Shown here in pieces: positions 13,968-29,022 of a DNA stretch of 64,000 nt. How positions within the stretch are numbered: the first letter of the stretch is position 1; every line of letters begins with the position of its first letter. The translations under genes were made by a program, and so were the position numbers. The notes beneath the pieces are model-generated. The model ran no database searches. It was not told the DNA's origin and worked only from the letters and a program-made list of their open reading frames with translations. The stretch covers positions 85,622,001-85,686,000 of the forward strand of contig OX597820.1 in assembly GCA_951406725.2 (NCBI GenBank). The letters are read 5' to 3'. The DNA is from Octopus vulgaris (Eukaryota).

Positions 13968-14945
13968 TGCAATGTAAACTTCCTAGTAGGCCGTTGCATT
14001 GTAAATGTTTGCATTTGACAATATATGAAGGAATACACACCAGCATGTCTCTTAACATTTAAAAGAAGTATACAGAAACTAGACCGTAACAAATTAACTT
14101 TAGATAGGTCTCATTCTCTCTCTAAGATGGGGCTGTTATTTTTTTCGGATGTGGAGGAAGGCAATTAGGGTTCCGAAAGAAGATGAAGAAACAATTGACA
14201 TGTCCTGAAATGCACAATTCTCGTCCTAATTATCGCTTTATTCTATCTAAATGTTTCCTATTATTCTTTAATTTATTCTTTATTCTGTCTAGGACAAGTG
14301 TTTCTTCTTTACAATTTGGCTCTAAAATAAAAAAAAGAAGTTTATAGACAACTGGACCCTTTTACTTTCATTTGCCTATGTATTTGTCAGAATGTATTAG
14401 TGATTGCATCTTATCTGTCTCTATATCTACGATTTTAGTTTTGTCTTTGAACTGCGTGATAGGATACAACAATCAGGGAATACATTTCAAACTGAGTGAA
14501 ATGACGAGAATCTAATGAATAATTTGCTTAAACAATCACCTGAGAAGGCACATTGGATATAACATAATAATTATGTAATATGTCACTTGTATACTACACG
14601 TGTAACAATGCGTCGAAACGATTGTAATGAGTTAAATAAAGAATGTTATCAATACATTGTAGTGTCTGGGGAGAGTCATGCTCTTTTAGTTCCTTACTAT
14701 TTAACACACTCACCAGCAAAGTTTCCACTCATTTACTTATCTATTTTTCCTAGAACTCTCGTTTCGTCTCGCAACCTTTTCAATAGTCAGCAAAACGAAG
14801 TTATTGATATCATTTTCTTTCATTTCTCTACGCATAATATGGAATTGCTGATGTACTTGTTGTAATAGGAGCACTTCAAATTATGATGAATTAAATATCC
14901 TCTAAGTGTGGACGAACCTGCACAGCATTCCACAAACTCAATTGA

Positions 14946-15053
<108 letters not shown>

Positions 15054-15105
15054 ATTGGTGAATTGAAGAAATGGAGCTGAACGCAGATTGAACAGAAATC
15101 GTTTT

Positions 15106-15197
15106 ATTTCATTCTACACGTGTTTCGAAAGGCACAATTTCCCAAATCCGATTGAATAATGGGACCATATTGTGTCTTTCTCTTCAGGAAGAAAATA
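15106..15197 (-). ncRNA. Type I hammerhead ribozyme motif (inverted copy)
   Basis: Exact reverse complement of 15929-16020. Confidence 0.8.
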
Positions 15198-15928
15198 GGA
15201 AATCCGTTGGAAAAAACAAAAACAGAACAGAGGCGGAGCAAAAACAAATCGAACTAGGCTCCTAAGAGCCCATGGCGAAACTGTTTATCAGTGTATGTTG
15301 AGAACCGGTGGCTGAAGAATTTAACGGGTCAGGCATCGGTCAATCATGTGGGTGAGGGTAGGTAGATGTTCTTTGTGACCGAGAATAAAGTTCTGACTAT
15401 TTAAGGAATATTGGATGTTTTATAAGGGGCGAGAAAAAATCTACTTAGAGACGTGTGTGTGTATACTGTTCTATATATGCGTGTGTTGGCGTAGGGGTAG
15501 AAAACATTTTTTGTGTACGTGTGTGCGTTTGATCGTTCGGCTGTCAGTGGCTACTGCAGTGAGAACCGTTGGGTGGCAGAAAAAAATATATATATTATGT
15601 TTTATGTGTGTGTGTGTTCATCTAAGCCTGCCTTGTCAAGGAAACCCCCCGTTGTGAAAAAACCAAGCCCCGTTTATCTTACAGGAGTAATTCCCCTTGC
15701 AGTGGTTAATCGTAGATATCTTAAAGGCTATTTCAGAATTTGTTACCAAGGGCTATGGGTGCCGGTATTATTTATAAACGCTTTTTAAAAGCCAGATAAG
15801 TGTAACGCCGCCAATGGGGGCATCGAAAAGCCGACTGTAAAAGCCCGTTTACCATCCGGCCTCTGGCAAACAAAATATTTGTTTTTGCTCCGCCTCTGTT
15901 CTGTTTTTGTTTTTTCCAACGGATTTCC

Positions 15929-16020
15929 TATTTTCTTCCTGAAGAGAAAGACACAATATGGTCCCATTATTCAATCGGATTTGGGAAATTGTGCCTTTCG
16001 AAACACGTGTAGAATGAAAT
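15929..16020 (+). ncRNA. Type I hammerhead ribozyme motif
   Basis: CTGAAGA core 15939-15945, helix II gaaagacacaat/attgtgcctttc, GAAA 16000-16003, palindromic helix III ACACGTGT, GTA cleavage triplet 16009-16011, helix I attttcttc/gaatgaaat. Confidence 0.8.
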
Positions 16021-16227
16021 AAAACGATTTCTGTTCAATCTGCGTTCAGCTCCATTTCTTCAATTCACCAATAATATTTTAATTTCAATTATCCGCACCA
16101 ACGCACGGTTGCAACACCATATGGTTGTACCTCCAACCGTGCTGTTTACTACTGTGATTTTTGCTACTAAGGTATCGGTTAAACTTTTGATTAATCTACT
16201 ACAAGATTATTCATCTTTCTATTTCAC

Positions 16228-16284
<57 letters not shown>

Positions 16285-18542
16285 TAAAAGGATTCTTTGA
16301 CCGCTTGTACCGGAGGCAACCTGCTGTATGAAGGCAATGGAATACTGCAGACGGTAAATCACAGACCAAAACTATTTTGAAATTAAAAATTCCGTAAACA
16401 ATTGAAATCTTTTAATATGCATTAAGTCTGAGAATTTACTTTTGTTCTATAGTCGACTGCTGTCATGCTAGCAACCATAAAGATTGTAGGCGAAAATATA
16501 CGAGTAGTTACATGAGATTTTCGTTCAGTCTTGCTGTAGGGAGTTTAGCTTTTTTTCTGCAGTGGACTATATCATATGACTTCAGATTTTATCGAAAATT
16601 GATTTGTATTTGGAACACTTTATATTATTGAATCCTTTTGTCGCTGTTGTATTTTATGCTGTCGTAATTGTATGTTCCCAAGTGTGAGGTTGGAAACTTA
16701 TCTATATCAATTTCTCGACTCACCAGCACAAAGCGAAGGCAAAGTTTATTCGAGACACACCCACAAACATGTCATGGAATGGACAGAAATTGAATAAAAT
16801 TACCGCAATTTATATGCAAAAGTGTTATATTGCCTTTTATGTTATCAGCAAGGTCCTTTACTAACTGTCAGAGTAAGTGAATGAAATACATCAGGTTTAC
16901 TGCGTTTAATTAATGTGTCGAAATATCTAGAGAGAGACTTCGTATTGTTTGCTCGATAATAAATTTCTATACCCGAAAATAGAATCTAGACTTGACTATC
17001 TTTCTAAAAATACACATGAGTCACTTGCTCATCGGTTGCTATCATACAAGTTCAGTTAGTGTCAGTAAGTTCTATCTTCTAAAATCTTAGCGATCGTACA
17101 TATTGTGTACCTGGTTCACGCGTTAATAAGATTTAGGTGTGAGTGGATGATCAATAATGTGTTCAATATTATACAATTTTCTAAAATTCAGGAGATAACC
17201 AAATATGAAGCGCTCTTTACAATATCTTGTTTTTAATTTGTTTATTTAAATAAATTATCTCAAATATCATCTTGCGATATTATCGTTGGGAAGGTCTGAT
17301 ATAATTGAGTGAGATTAAAGTGATTAATGTTCACTTAGAAATATTTCAGTGGTTTATGTGAAAAGAGATAAAAGATGGAATATTCTGAAAAGATGCATAT
17401 CTTGAGATGAAAGCATTCTGCGGAATTGCTTTGAACTATAGATAAGAGATTATGAAAGCTATGAGTTCAGCTGGAATTATCAGACCTACAGCTAAAAATG
17501 AGCAACATAATAACTGCGTTATCGTAGAACGTCATTGTTGGATTTCATCAATATATATATATATACATATTTACATTTAGGAATGGAAGACCTGTTAGAT
17601 AAAGATAACATTTGAAAGAGTCATCTGAAATATTGCCCGTGTACCTAGAATACGTTGGTTTAGATGCTTTTATTGCCGATTACGTATGTTGTTCAGTTTT
17701 AGACCAAAACTACACGTAATTGTATAGTTATATCTTCATACTAATTCTAAATGTAAACTATCTCATTGTGACGCAGATTATATCATCTAAGCTTATATTA
17801 AACTAAATATATGCCCTTTGTTAAGACTCTACTTTTGATTTAAATGTAATTTTGCAGATACATCTAGCGGAGGACGTTGACGTTGAGGGACATAAGTTTA
17901 TATTTACATAACTGTAAATGTGGAAAATAATCTGACACACAGTATTTTATGCATTCTATACATTCAGCAAGAGTTCAAGTGTGTAAAAAATTGCTGTAAA
18001 AGCATCATTTTTATCTGTGATTGTAAAACTTTCTGTTGATCAAATTCAATATATTTTTTGTTTTATATATAGTATTTTTATTTATTCATAATAATATTTG
18101 ATGAGTAACGTTTATAAAATGTTCATTGTATTCGTTTTCTTTTTCTATTTTGGTTACCAAAATATAGTTGTTGTTTTTTTTTTTATTATATCAGTAGTAG
18201 AAATAAATTTAATTATTTAAGTTGCTATAGAAAGGGATCGGCATTCACATCTCCAAACACTAGAATTTTCACTTGGAATTGTTTAGCAAGATAACAATTT
18301 GATAATTTGATTGATTTTTCATTATTAATTGCATATTTAAAACGTTTTAAATGTATTAAAAAATTTACCACTATTTCTCATTTCGCTTTTCTTTTGTTCA
18401 ATTCGGTTCGGCCCTACACAGTAATTCCTTACTGCTGATGTTCTTTTGTTTTTCTCTTTGAAAGATCTGCATCAAAGGCAAGCAATTACACTATGAGAAA
18501 TTGAATCAAGTACAATTTCCTTTTAGTTTCGTTTTGTTAAAG

Positions 18543-18637
18543 GGATGTACGCTTTAATTAAAGCTGAGGGCATTTCATCGTTTCGAACTGCATCGTTCAG
18601 GAGAACTGGGAGTGCAAGATCAAACTACCAGGTTAAG
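18543..18637 (+). other. Candidate 95-nt host exon
   Basis: Pyrimidine tract then AG; strong donor AAG|GTGAGT; one open frame (MYALIKAEGISSFRTASFRRTGSARSNYQVK); no recognisable homology. Confidence 0.3.
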
Positions 18638-18836
18638 GTGAGTGAAGGAGTCTAAGAATGTTATGACGTCATAACATTATCAGCTGCGAGAACATTTAAT
18701 GGCAAAAGCTATTAACTGGTAGATGGAAGAATCGATAGAGAGCTATGTAGATGAATGCACTGATTAAATTGAGAGACAGATTTATAGCTGCGTAAATAGA
18801 TAAATATATATCTATATATCTATCTATCTATTTATA

Positions 18837-18881
<45 letters not shown>

Positions 18882-18885
<4 letters not shown>

Positions 18886-19050
18886 ACATAAATGTGAAAC
18901 AAGGTGTAAAAAAATGAGTACTCAAACACCAGGGGTAGAGTAATATGCTTTATTTAAAAGCAGCAGTAATTCAACAAATCCCGTTACTCGGAGTTTCACG
19001 TGAAACTCCGAGTAACAGGTTTTGTTGAATTTCTGCTGCTTTTAAATAAA

Positions 19051-19056
<6 letters not shown>
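18882..19056 (-). mobile_element. Collapsed fold-back PLE-type element (loopless 114-bp palindrome 18943-19056) in (TA)n
   Basis: Arms pair around the centre TTTCAC|GTGAAA; same family as 34474-34808. Confidence 0.75.
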
Positions 19057-19091
<35 letters not shown>

Positions 19092-19242
19092 TAGGCATAT
19101 ACATACATATATATATATTATATATACATGCATACGTAATATATATATATATATATATATATGCTTATTTTACATACATATACACTCACAAACACACACA
19201 CATCCACACGTATGTATATTTAAACACGCACACATGTATATT

Positions 19243-19628
19243 TGGCTGTGTGGGAAGTAGCTTGCTTCCGAACTATATGATTCCATTTTCATGCTCATTG
19301 TGTGGCACCTTCGGCAAGTGTCTTCTTCTATAGCCTCAGGCCGACGAAAGCCTTCTGAGTGGATCTGGTAGAAGGAATCTGAAAAAAGCCCGTCTTATAT
19401 GTATATACGTATACATTGCTGTTGTGTTTGTCCTCCCACCATCGCTTGAGAACCGATGTTGTTGCATTTATGTCACTGCAACTTAGTGGTTCGGTAAAAG
19501 AAACCGATAGAATAAGTACTAGGCTTACAAAGATTAAGTGCTAAGTTCAATTTGTTCGAGTAAAGGTGATGCTCCAGCATGGTTGCAGTGAAATGACTGA
19601 AACAAGTAAAGGAATAAAAGAATAAAGA
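19243..19628 (+). mobile_element. SINE family A
   Basis: Head, core and tail match the other copies. Confidence 0.85.
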
Positions 19629-19629
19629 A

Positions 19630-19686
<57 letters not shown>

Positions 19687-19687
19687 G

Positions 19688-19749
<62 letters not shown>

Positions 19750-20082
19750 TGAACGGATTGACTCATGATTTAACCCGCCTCTATTGTCATGTCTGTTTGA
19801 CGGGGGAATATCATACAAATATTCTGCTATAGAATAAATTCAGTGATATGTTCGCGTGTTGCAATTAAATTGATAAACTAATGAGGAGTATTGCTCTATA
19901 CACTGGTGACAATGACGATAGAATGTGAGAATAAACGGAGAAGTGAATTTCATGGATACACATATCAATTAAATAGAATGATTTCCGTATAGATTCAAAT
20001 TTGATAGGAAAAATAAAGTATGTATAATAACAAAGAGAGTTGAATATAATATAATCTATATACTACTTATATTCTTGTCATA

Positions 20083-20297
20083 TTGGTCTTAAATTGCGAC
20101 ACAAGGACAACTATTTAGGGGGCGGAGTAAGTCTATTACAATGACCGCGGTGTTCAGCTAGCACTTATATGATCGACCCTGGAGGAATGAAAGGCAACAT
20201 CGACTGTGACGCAATTTGAACTCAGAATACGAAGATGGACGGGTTGTCACTAAGCATTTTGCCCAAAGTGTTAATGATTCTGCCACCTAGCCACCCT
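20083..20297 (-). mobile_element. SINE family B, diverged
   Basis: Reverse complement resembles 53649-53880 (ggcagaa.cgttag, ctgagttcaaatt, gcctttcat). Confidence 0.7.
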
Positions 20298-20779
20298 TCA
20301 TTTATTTCAAAGTGATATATCATGGTACCTGTCGATTGCCAAAGCAACACCAGTGGATGCTTTCTTGCTAAGAGGGAACGGAATGGAGAAAATAGTCTCA
20401 ACAGAGAGTTGCGCTTGAGTTTGTGAGTGTATTGTATGTTTATGTTTGAGCCTGTTGTGTTACTTTCTTTAAATTAACAGTCAGTTTTGCCTTATTTAAT
20501 ATGCATAAATTACACAAACACACATATATAGAAACACAAATATATCTACACAAATATACATGTGCACTCATACACCCATACACAGAGACAGACGCTCGCG
20601 CGCGCACGCACCCTTGTGTGCACACACATACATACATACATACATACTTTGGCGCATGCATTATTACATCGTTCATACGGATTTACAAACTTGCACATGC
20701 ATACACTTTCATACGTGCACACCACTAATTAAATACGTATACTTATTTAAAGATATGAATACATACGAAGAGAGAGAGG

Positions 20780-20813
<34 letters not shown>

Positions 20814-21590
20814 GAGAGAAAGAGACAGAGAGAGAGAGAAAGAGACTGAGAGAGAGAGAAAGAGACAGAGAGAGTGAGAGCGATAGAAACTGTGATAATA
20901 TATACCGTTATGCAGACATGCTCGTACAAGACACCGCATTGAAGGAAAACTAAGAGAATAAACTATATTTTCGATATATACCGTTTTTATAATGTAAAGG
21001 GTTGATAAACTGAGAGACAGATGAAATATGAGAACAGATTGATAGTAAGATAATGAAAAGAAGACAGCTGTTAGAGAGAACTTTGTGTTTTTCTTTTAAC
21101 ATACATGATAGGCATAGAAGTAGTTTGAATCATAGGGAAATGGAATGAGAAATTTCAGCTTACTAAAATATTGATGGTGTTAAAAAATCGCTTTTAAAAG
21201 CTTTCATATTCGACTGAGCAAAAAATATTGAAGGTCCATGGAGAAAATAGCTTTCATTTTCCTCACCTTTATTTTTAGCAAAGAAACTGCTTGGAAACAC
21301 CAGCATGGTCAACGTCGAGCGTTCAGCAGAAGTAAACGCCTTTTATCGCAATATCCTTGCTGACCATGCAAGAGCACCAGAGCTTTACTAAAAGAAAATG
21401 TTTCCGAGCCTAGCACAAAGTCTGCGTTTAGATACATATATATAAGTCTTTACCTGCATTACTATCTCCACGTCAGCTTGATTTGTATTTTGACTATAGT
21501 GGCTCTTGTTGCCGCACGCCTTGCACTGGTTGAGGAATTCAAACTTTAAATTGTAATTCAGTTGGGCATTACTATATGTTTTCTATACCG

Positions 21591-22000
21591 AGCAGGAGTG
21601 ACCGTGTGGTAAGTAGCTTGCTAACCAACCACATGTTTCCGGGTTCAGTCCGACTGCGTAGCATCTTGGGCAAGTGTCTTCTGTTATAGCCCCGGGCCGA
21701 CCAATGCCTTGTGAGTGGATCTGGTTGACGGAAACTGAAAGAAGCCTGTCGTATATATGTATATATATATAAGTGTGTGTGTATATGTTTGTGTGTCTGT
21801 GTTTGTCGCCCTAGCATTGCTTGACAACCGATGCTGGTGTGTTTACGTCCCCGTCACTTAGCGGTTCGGCAAAAGAGACCGATAGAATAAGTACTAGGCT
21901 TACAAAGAATAAGTCCCGGGGTCGATTTGCTCGATTAAAGGCGGTGCTCCAGCATGGCCGCAGTCAAAATTACTGAAACAAGTAAAAGAGAAAAGAGAAA
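21591..22000 (+). mobile_element. SINE family A, full length
   Basis: tRNA-like head (gtgtggtaag...gggttcagtcc), cttgggcaagtg core, internal TA/TG tract, 3' stem-loop tail and aaagag repeats. Confidence 0.9.
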
Positions 22001-22654
22001 GAGAGCATATCTAGATCTCACCTCGTCTCTTTATTTCTCTATCTCTCACTCACGCTCTCTGTCTCTGTCTCTCTCTCTCACTCGCTCTTTCTGTCTGTCT
22101 GTCTGTCTGTCTCTTTAGCTCTTACTCTAAACATATAGATAAATTCATACACACAGTTTGATTTTAATATATATGAGTATATTTCAATATATGTCACTAT
22201 ATATGATTATACTTCAATGTAAAACATACACATAGTTACAGGTTCATATCTGTATATACATTTATATATATATATACACACACACATGCACACATATGTA
22301 TATGTGAGTGTAAGTGTATGTGTGTGTGTCTATATATATGCATGTATGTATATGTTTATATGCATGTATGTAAATATATATCGCAATTTGACTTGAACCA
22401 TTGCGGAATGTGTAGAATATGCGTTATTATAGCAAAAACCAAGAAGAAAATATTTTAAATATAAAATGAATGTTAAGTAAAATATTAAAATGCTATCTTA
22501 GAAATTTTTATGATTTTCAACGATACTTTTATCTTTAAACATCAGAACTAATTAAATATTTCATGTCATTCTTCAATATCTGTTTTTGCTATTTTGAATA
22601 CTTACATTTCTCTGAAGTTTAATCGCCATCTATAAGACGTTGACTTCCTATATA

Positions 22655-22885
22655 TAACAAGGGTCGGCTTAAAAACTTTTAGGCTGATTATGAAGAAATA
22701 ACGCTAGAGCTGTGAAATCTTGCATGCATTAATTTCAACTCTCTTTGTTAATTACTGCGTTGTTACTTTCCAGCTAAACTCACGCCCGACTATTCAAAGA
22801 AGACTTCAGATATAACACTTAGTGACCTCTCTTGAAACTGGACAAAATTTGGCATCGTGGTGTTATTAAGTAATATGCTTCAATC
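22655..22885 (+). mobile_element. Mariner 5' fragment
   Basis: TIR-like acaagggtcggcttaaaaacttt after TA, then DKIWHRGVIK, typical of a mariner N-terminus. Confidence 0.5.
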
Positions 22886-23374
22886 AAATTACAATCTTCA
22901 GGATGTCTCTTCTGAATCTCTGTTCTGTAAGTTCAAATCTAGTATTTCCTCCTAAAGAAGAAGAAAAATACTTAGTGAATCTTCTGATAGCAGTCTTCGC
23001 ATTACCAAAATAAAACTTTTCCGTGTTAAGCGAGATATTTAGAAAATTATCAAAAAGTAGATATACATGCAAACACACCGGATTTCAAATCGTTAAAAGA
23101 CAGTAGGTTGCCTCTCCTACAGTCGCAGAGCACGATTTTCTAACAAATAGAGTGCAGTAAGACACCATGAGTATCATTGTTTAATGTTAAAACAGAGGCA
23201 CGCGCTGAAAGAACTCATTCACGCAGTTTCGTTTTGTAAGACTCATTTGTATATAAGCATAGTTTATATATGTGCTTCAAAGATGGCCCACTAAAAACTC
23301 TCTTGAGCCAAAACATCAAAGGCCATATATCAAACAGCATTTCGTCCATCTTTCTGTCCTGAGTTAACAATCCG

Positions 23375-23505
23375 CCGAGATAGACTTTGCCATTCATCAG
23401 TTCAGGGTCGATAAATTAAGTACTAGTGAAACACTGGGGTCGATGCAATCGACTAGACACCCTTCTCGCCAAATGTTATGATTTGTGTGTATAGTAGAAA
23501 GGAAG
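23375..23505 (+). mobile_element. SINE family B 3' half
   Basis: gactttgccattcatc...gggtcgataaattaagtac...ctggggtcgatgcaatcgact. Confidence 0.75.
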
Positions 23506-23568
<63 letters not shown>

Positions 23569-23571
<3 letters not shown>

Positions 23572-25356
23572 TAGTTTTATTTTTATTTTTATAGCGTGCT
23601 TTCACTTCACTACCGAGCGCAGCTCTGTGTGCCTTGGGTATGTGCTGTGATTTGTTGTGATGCTCTGATGGTTATTGTATGGAAAGTGTTCTGCGTAGGA
23701 TGTGTGCAGTGCCTAGTAGTGCAATTTTCTGTATGTTATATGTGTTTGTAAGTCCTGGTGTTTTTGTTATGTATTTGTCTGAATATTTTTTTATCATGCC
23801 TAATGCACCTACTATGATAGGAATTGTTTCTGTTTTCAGGTTCCACATTCTAGTTACCTCTATTTCCAGGTCTTTGTATTTTGAGAGTTTCTCCATTTCT
23901 TTTAGAGACACGTTGTCATCAGCCGGTATTGATACATCAATTAGAAAGCATTTTTTTCTTCATGATCTCTGACAACTATATCTGGTCTGTTGGCCTTAAT
24001 TTCTCTATCTGTGTGTATCGGCATATCCCAGAGTATGGTTGCTTTCTCGTTTTCTGTGACCTTTTCTGGTGTGTGCCTATACCATCTTTTTTCTGTTGTT
24101 ATTCCATAATGTTGGCATAGCTTCCAATGTATGTAGGTTCCAACTCTGTCATGTCTGTGAATATATTCCTTCTTAGCCAGGACTGGGCAGCTAGAGATAA
24201 TATGATTTATTGCTTCTTGTCCATCTCCACATATTCTGCAGTTACTTGTAATATTTCTTTTCATTACATGTTTTTGGTAATTTCTGGTGGGGAGGCTTTG
24301 GTCTTGTGCTGCAATTAAAAATCCCTCTGTTTCTGCTTTGAGTCCTGAGCTTCTCAACCATTGCTGGGATTTTTCTTTGTCTATTTCTTTTGCGTTTAGT
24401 TTAGTGCAATATTTACCATGAAGGGGTTTTTCTTGCCATCGTTTTATCATGGCTCGTTGCTGTTCTATTTTTAGTTTGGATTTCATTTGTTTTATAGCTT
24501 TTGTTGTTTCTTCATCATCTTCTTCTTCTTCTTTGCGTTTATTAGGTGGTATGATTTCTTGTTTGTATTTGTCAGCTTCCTTAAATACTGAGAACAGTTT
24601 TTTGTTTTGCTCGTGTTTTGCTGCTATCTGGATGAGTTTTCCTTCCTTCTGAAGTAGGTATTTTTGCAGTCCTATGGTGGTTATTTTATAGTAGTTTTCC
24701 AGCTGTATAAGGCCTCTACCACCTTCTATACGTTGTATATATAGTCTTTCTATGTCAGATTTTGGGTGATGCATCCTAGATCCTGTCAGTATTTTTCTTG
24801 TTTTCCTGTCTATTTTGGACAGTTCATTTCGTGTCCAGTTAAGGATATTGTAGCTGTAACTTATAACTGGGACAGCTAAAGTGTTGATACCTATTATCTT
24901 GTTTTTAGCATTGAGCTCTGTTTTTAGTATTGATCTAACTCGTCTATAATATTCTTTTTTTATTTTCTCTTTCATTTGTGTGTGTTGTGTCTTATCTAGT
25001 TCATGGATTCCTAAGTATTTGTAAGTTTGGCTTTGGTCTAATTCGTTTATTTCATTGGTTTTATCTAGTGTGATGTTGTTACTCTTAACTAGTTTTCCTC
25101 TTTTCATAGTTACTTTGGCGCATTTTTCTAATCCAAATTTCATATCTATTTCTTTGGTAAATCCATGAACTGTCTTTAATAGTGTTTCCAGCTGTTTGTC
25201 ATTTGCAGCGTATAGTTTTAGGTCATCCATGTATAAAATGTGGCTGATCGTTTTGCCGTAACATTTATATCCGCATCCAGTTCTATTTAGCATATGAGAT
25301 AGAGGTGACAGTGCCAAGCAGAAAAGGAGTGGAGAGAGCGTGTCTCCCTGGAATAT
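23569..25356 (-). mobile_element. Young 5'-truncated R4/Dong-type non-LTR retrotransposon in (TAA)n
   Basis: RT (IFQGDTLSP, YMDDLK), CCHC motif CRICGDGQEAINHIISSC, RHD, PD...D restriction-like endonuclease; (ATT)n on both flanks. Confidence 0.95.
23672..25356 (-). CDS. Partial RT + zinc knuckle + restriction-like endonuclease ORF with one -1 frameshift at ~23950
   Basis: ORF 23941-25317 and ORF 23672-23911 join as HEEKKCFLIDVSIPADDNVSLKEMEK if one A is added to the A7 run. Confidence 0.85.
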
Positions 25357-25377
25357 TATTATTATTATTATTATTAA

Positions 25378-25471
<94 letters not shown>

Positions 25472-25549
25472 TTAATTTTTAGTTTTATTACTATTACTAT
25501 TATTACTATTATTATTATTATTATTGTTATTATTATTATTATTATTATT

Positions 25550-26090
25550 GAGTGAGAGAGCAGTTCATGCCATCAAAGTGACACTGGGGTAAAATATACG
25601 AAGCCCAATATATCCATCATGACTACCCGTCTGATAAGGGTACACCAGGCACATGCATCACAACCATATGTGCGCGACATGGTGATCTCATAAAAAGATA
25701 AACAGCACATGACCTTGCAGGTGGGACCCAGTTAGAATTTTCTTCAGGTTGAGTAGCCCATCCCGCTCAAAAGGTACCTGAATAAGGGTTGTTTAAGGAT
25801 GTTGAAAGAACCACCCATGTTTCCAGAGGTGAATTATTCAAACCCCAAAGAATCCCTCTCAACACATGGCTATGATGCTCCCCAACTACTTCTGCTCGTG
25901 ATCAGAGATGCACATATCGTCAGCCACTAAGGGACATGCTCAACTGGTTAAAGTCAAACAACTGACAAGCAAATCTGTGGTATTGAGCAGAATATTTGCT
26001 GTAGCCCATCTTTTATACCAAGACAAAACAATGTACATGATAACACTTCCAGTCAGTTAAGATAAGAAGCCACGATAGCCACTGCCTGGT
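25550..26090 (-). mobile_element. Non-coding (AAT)n-associated retroposon-like element, copy 1
   Basis: Close reverse complement of 56458-56998; ends in (AAT)n on its sense strand. Confidence 0.8.
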
Positions 26091-26114
26091 TTATCATCAT
26101 CATCATCATCATCA

Positions 26115-27845
<1,731 letters not shown>

Positions 27846-28329
27846 TCAATTTGCTTTCATTGTTGTTGATTTCTCATGTTTTCTGCAATCTTATATCAGT
27901 CTGCCCACCTTACGTCGGTCGCAACTGGTTCAAGTGCAACATTGTGTTTTGACGATTTCATATTCTACAATACATTTTTGCTGCAGTTTTCTTGACTTGA
28001 TTTCTAGGTTCTGATTACAGTGTTTCTTCCTCTTTTGCAAAAACCCAACTGAAGAAGGTATATGTGGCGGGTATTATATTAATTATTGTACGTAGTAAAT
28101 GGTGCATAGTTGTACTCTGTTAGAAGTACATGTGATATGCGGTGCAGTTGGTTTGATATTGTCGTGTTCGTGTATTGTTATTTTTCTTAGGTGTTTAGAT
28201 AGAAGATTATATTTTGCACTGGTTCTGTAGATATTAATAAAGAATTATGCAACTGTTCGTGTTTATCGTAACTGCTTCTCTGATGTTAAAATATATTTTT
28301 CTTACTTTCATTCACCGAGTCTATCTTAA

Positions 28330-28720
28330 TTTCGTGTTCCTTGACAATTCCTTTGCCACTTTTCGAGCTACGATTTCCTCAAAATGTATCGATATCCCAA
28401 ATCCGTTACAAATATTTCCATTCCAGTTCTAGATATCATACCATGTTTTCCTTCATAACGTGTCAGTTTCGAATCACATGTTTTAAATGACCCTTGCCAT
28501 ATGACTGTCATATACCATGTATCAAATATACCAAAACCACATCTTGCGAGTTTCATGTTAAACTCTTGGCATATTGCACCATTAACATAACTACCCTCTC
28601 GGTTATGTCTGTGAATATGCTCTGAGATAGGAAGGACTGCGCTGCTTATAATGATATGGCCAACCTTCTCATTGATGTGATGTCATAATCTTCCCTTAAT
28701 GTTAACTATTTTCTCTATTC
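28330..28720 (-). pseudogene. Very old R4/Dong-like C-terminal remnant
   Basis: NEKVGHIISSAVLPISEHIHRHNREGSYVNGAICQEF resembles ETINHIISSCPVLAKKEYIHRHDRVGTYIHWKLCQHY. Confidence 0.65.
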
Positions 28721-28809
28721 TATCTCTGTAATCACTTATCATTACGTATTAGTGTAATGTGGTTATTCCAGAGGTCATGGGCTGCTGTTGCAGGCGTTCA
28801 CTCTACATA

Positions 28810-29022
28810 TTGGTTTCAGATTGTGACACAAATTCAGTAACATCAGGGAAGGAGTAAATCGATTACATCGACCCCAGTGCTCAAGTGGTACTTATTTTAT
28901 TGTCCTTGAAAGGCCGAATAGTAACGTCATATCGGCGGAATTTGAACCTAAAACGTAGCGACGGACGAAATGTTGCTAAGCATTTTCACCGGCGTTCTAA
29001 CAATTCTGCCATCTCACCGCCT
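28810..29022 (-). mobile_element. SINE family B, diverged
   Basis: Reverse complement of ggcgg.gag.tggcagaa...ctggggtcgatgtaatcgat. Confidence 0.75.

Noticed and set aside
17850-18210. Terminal exon (ttttgcag|atacatct...) with downstream AATAAA
   Set aside because: Signals are weak and common in AT-rich DNA; no supporting ORF
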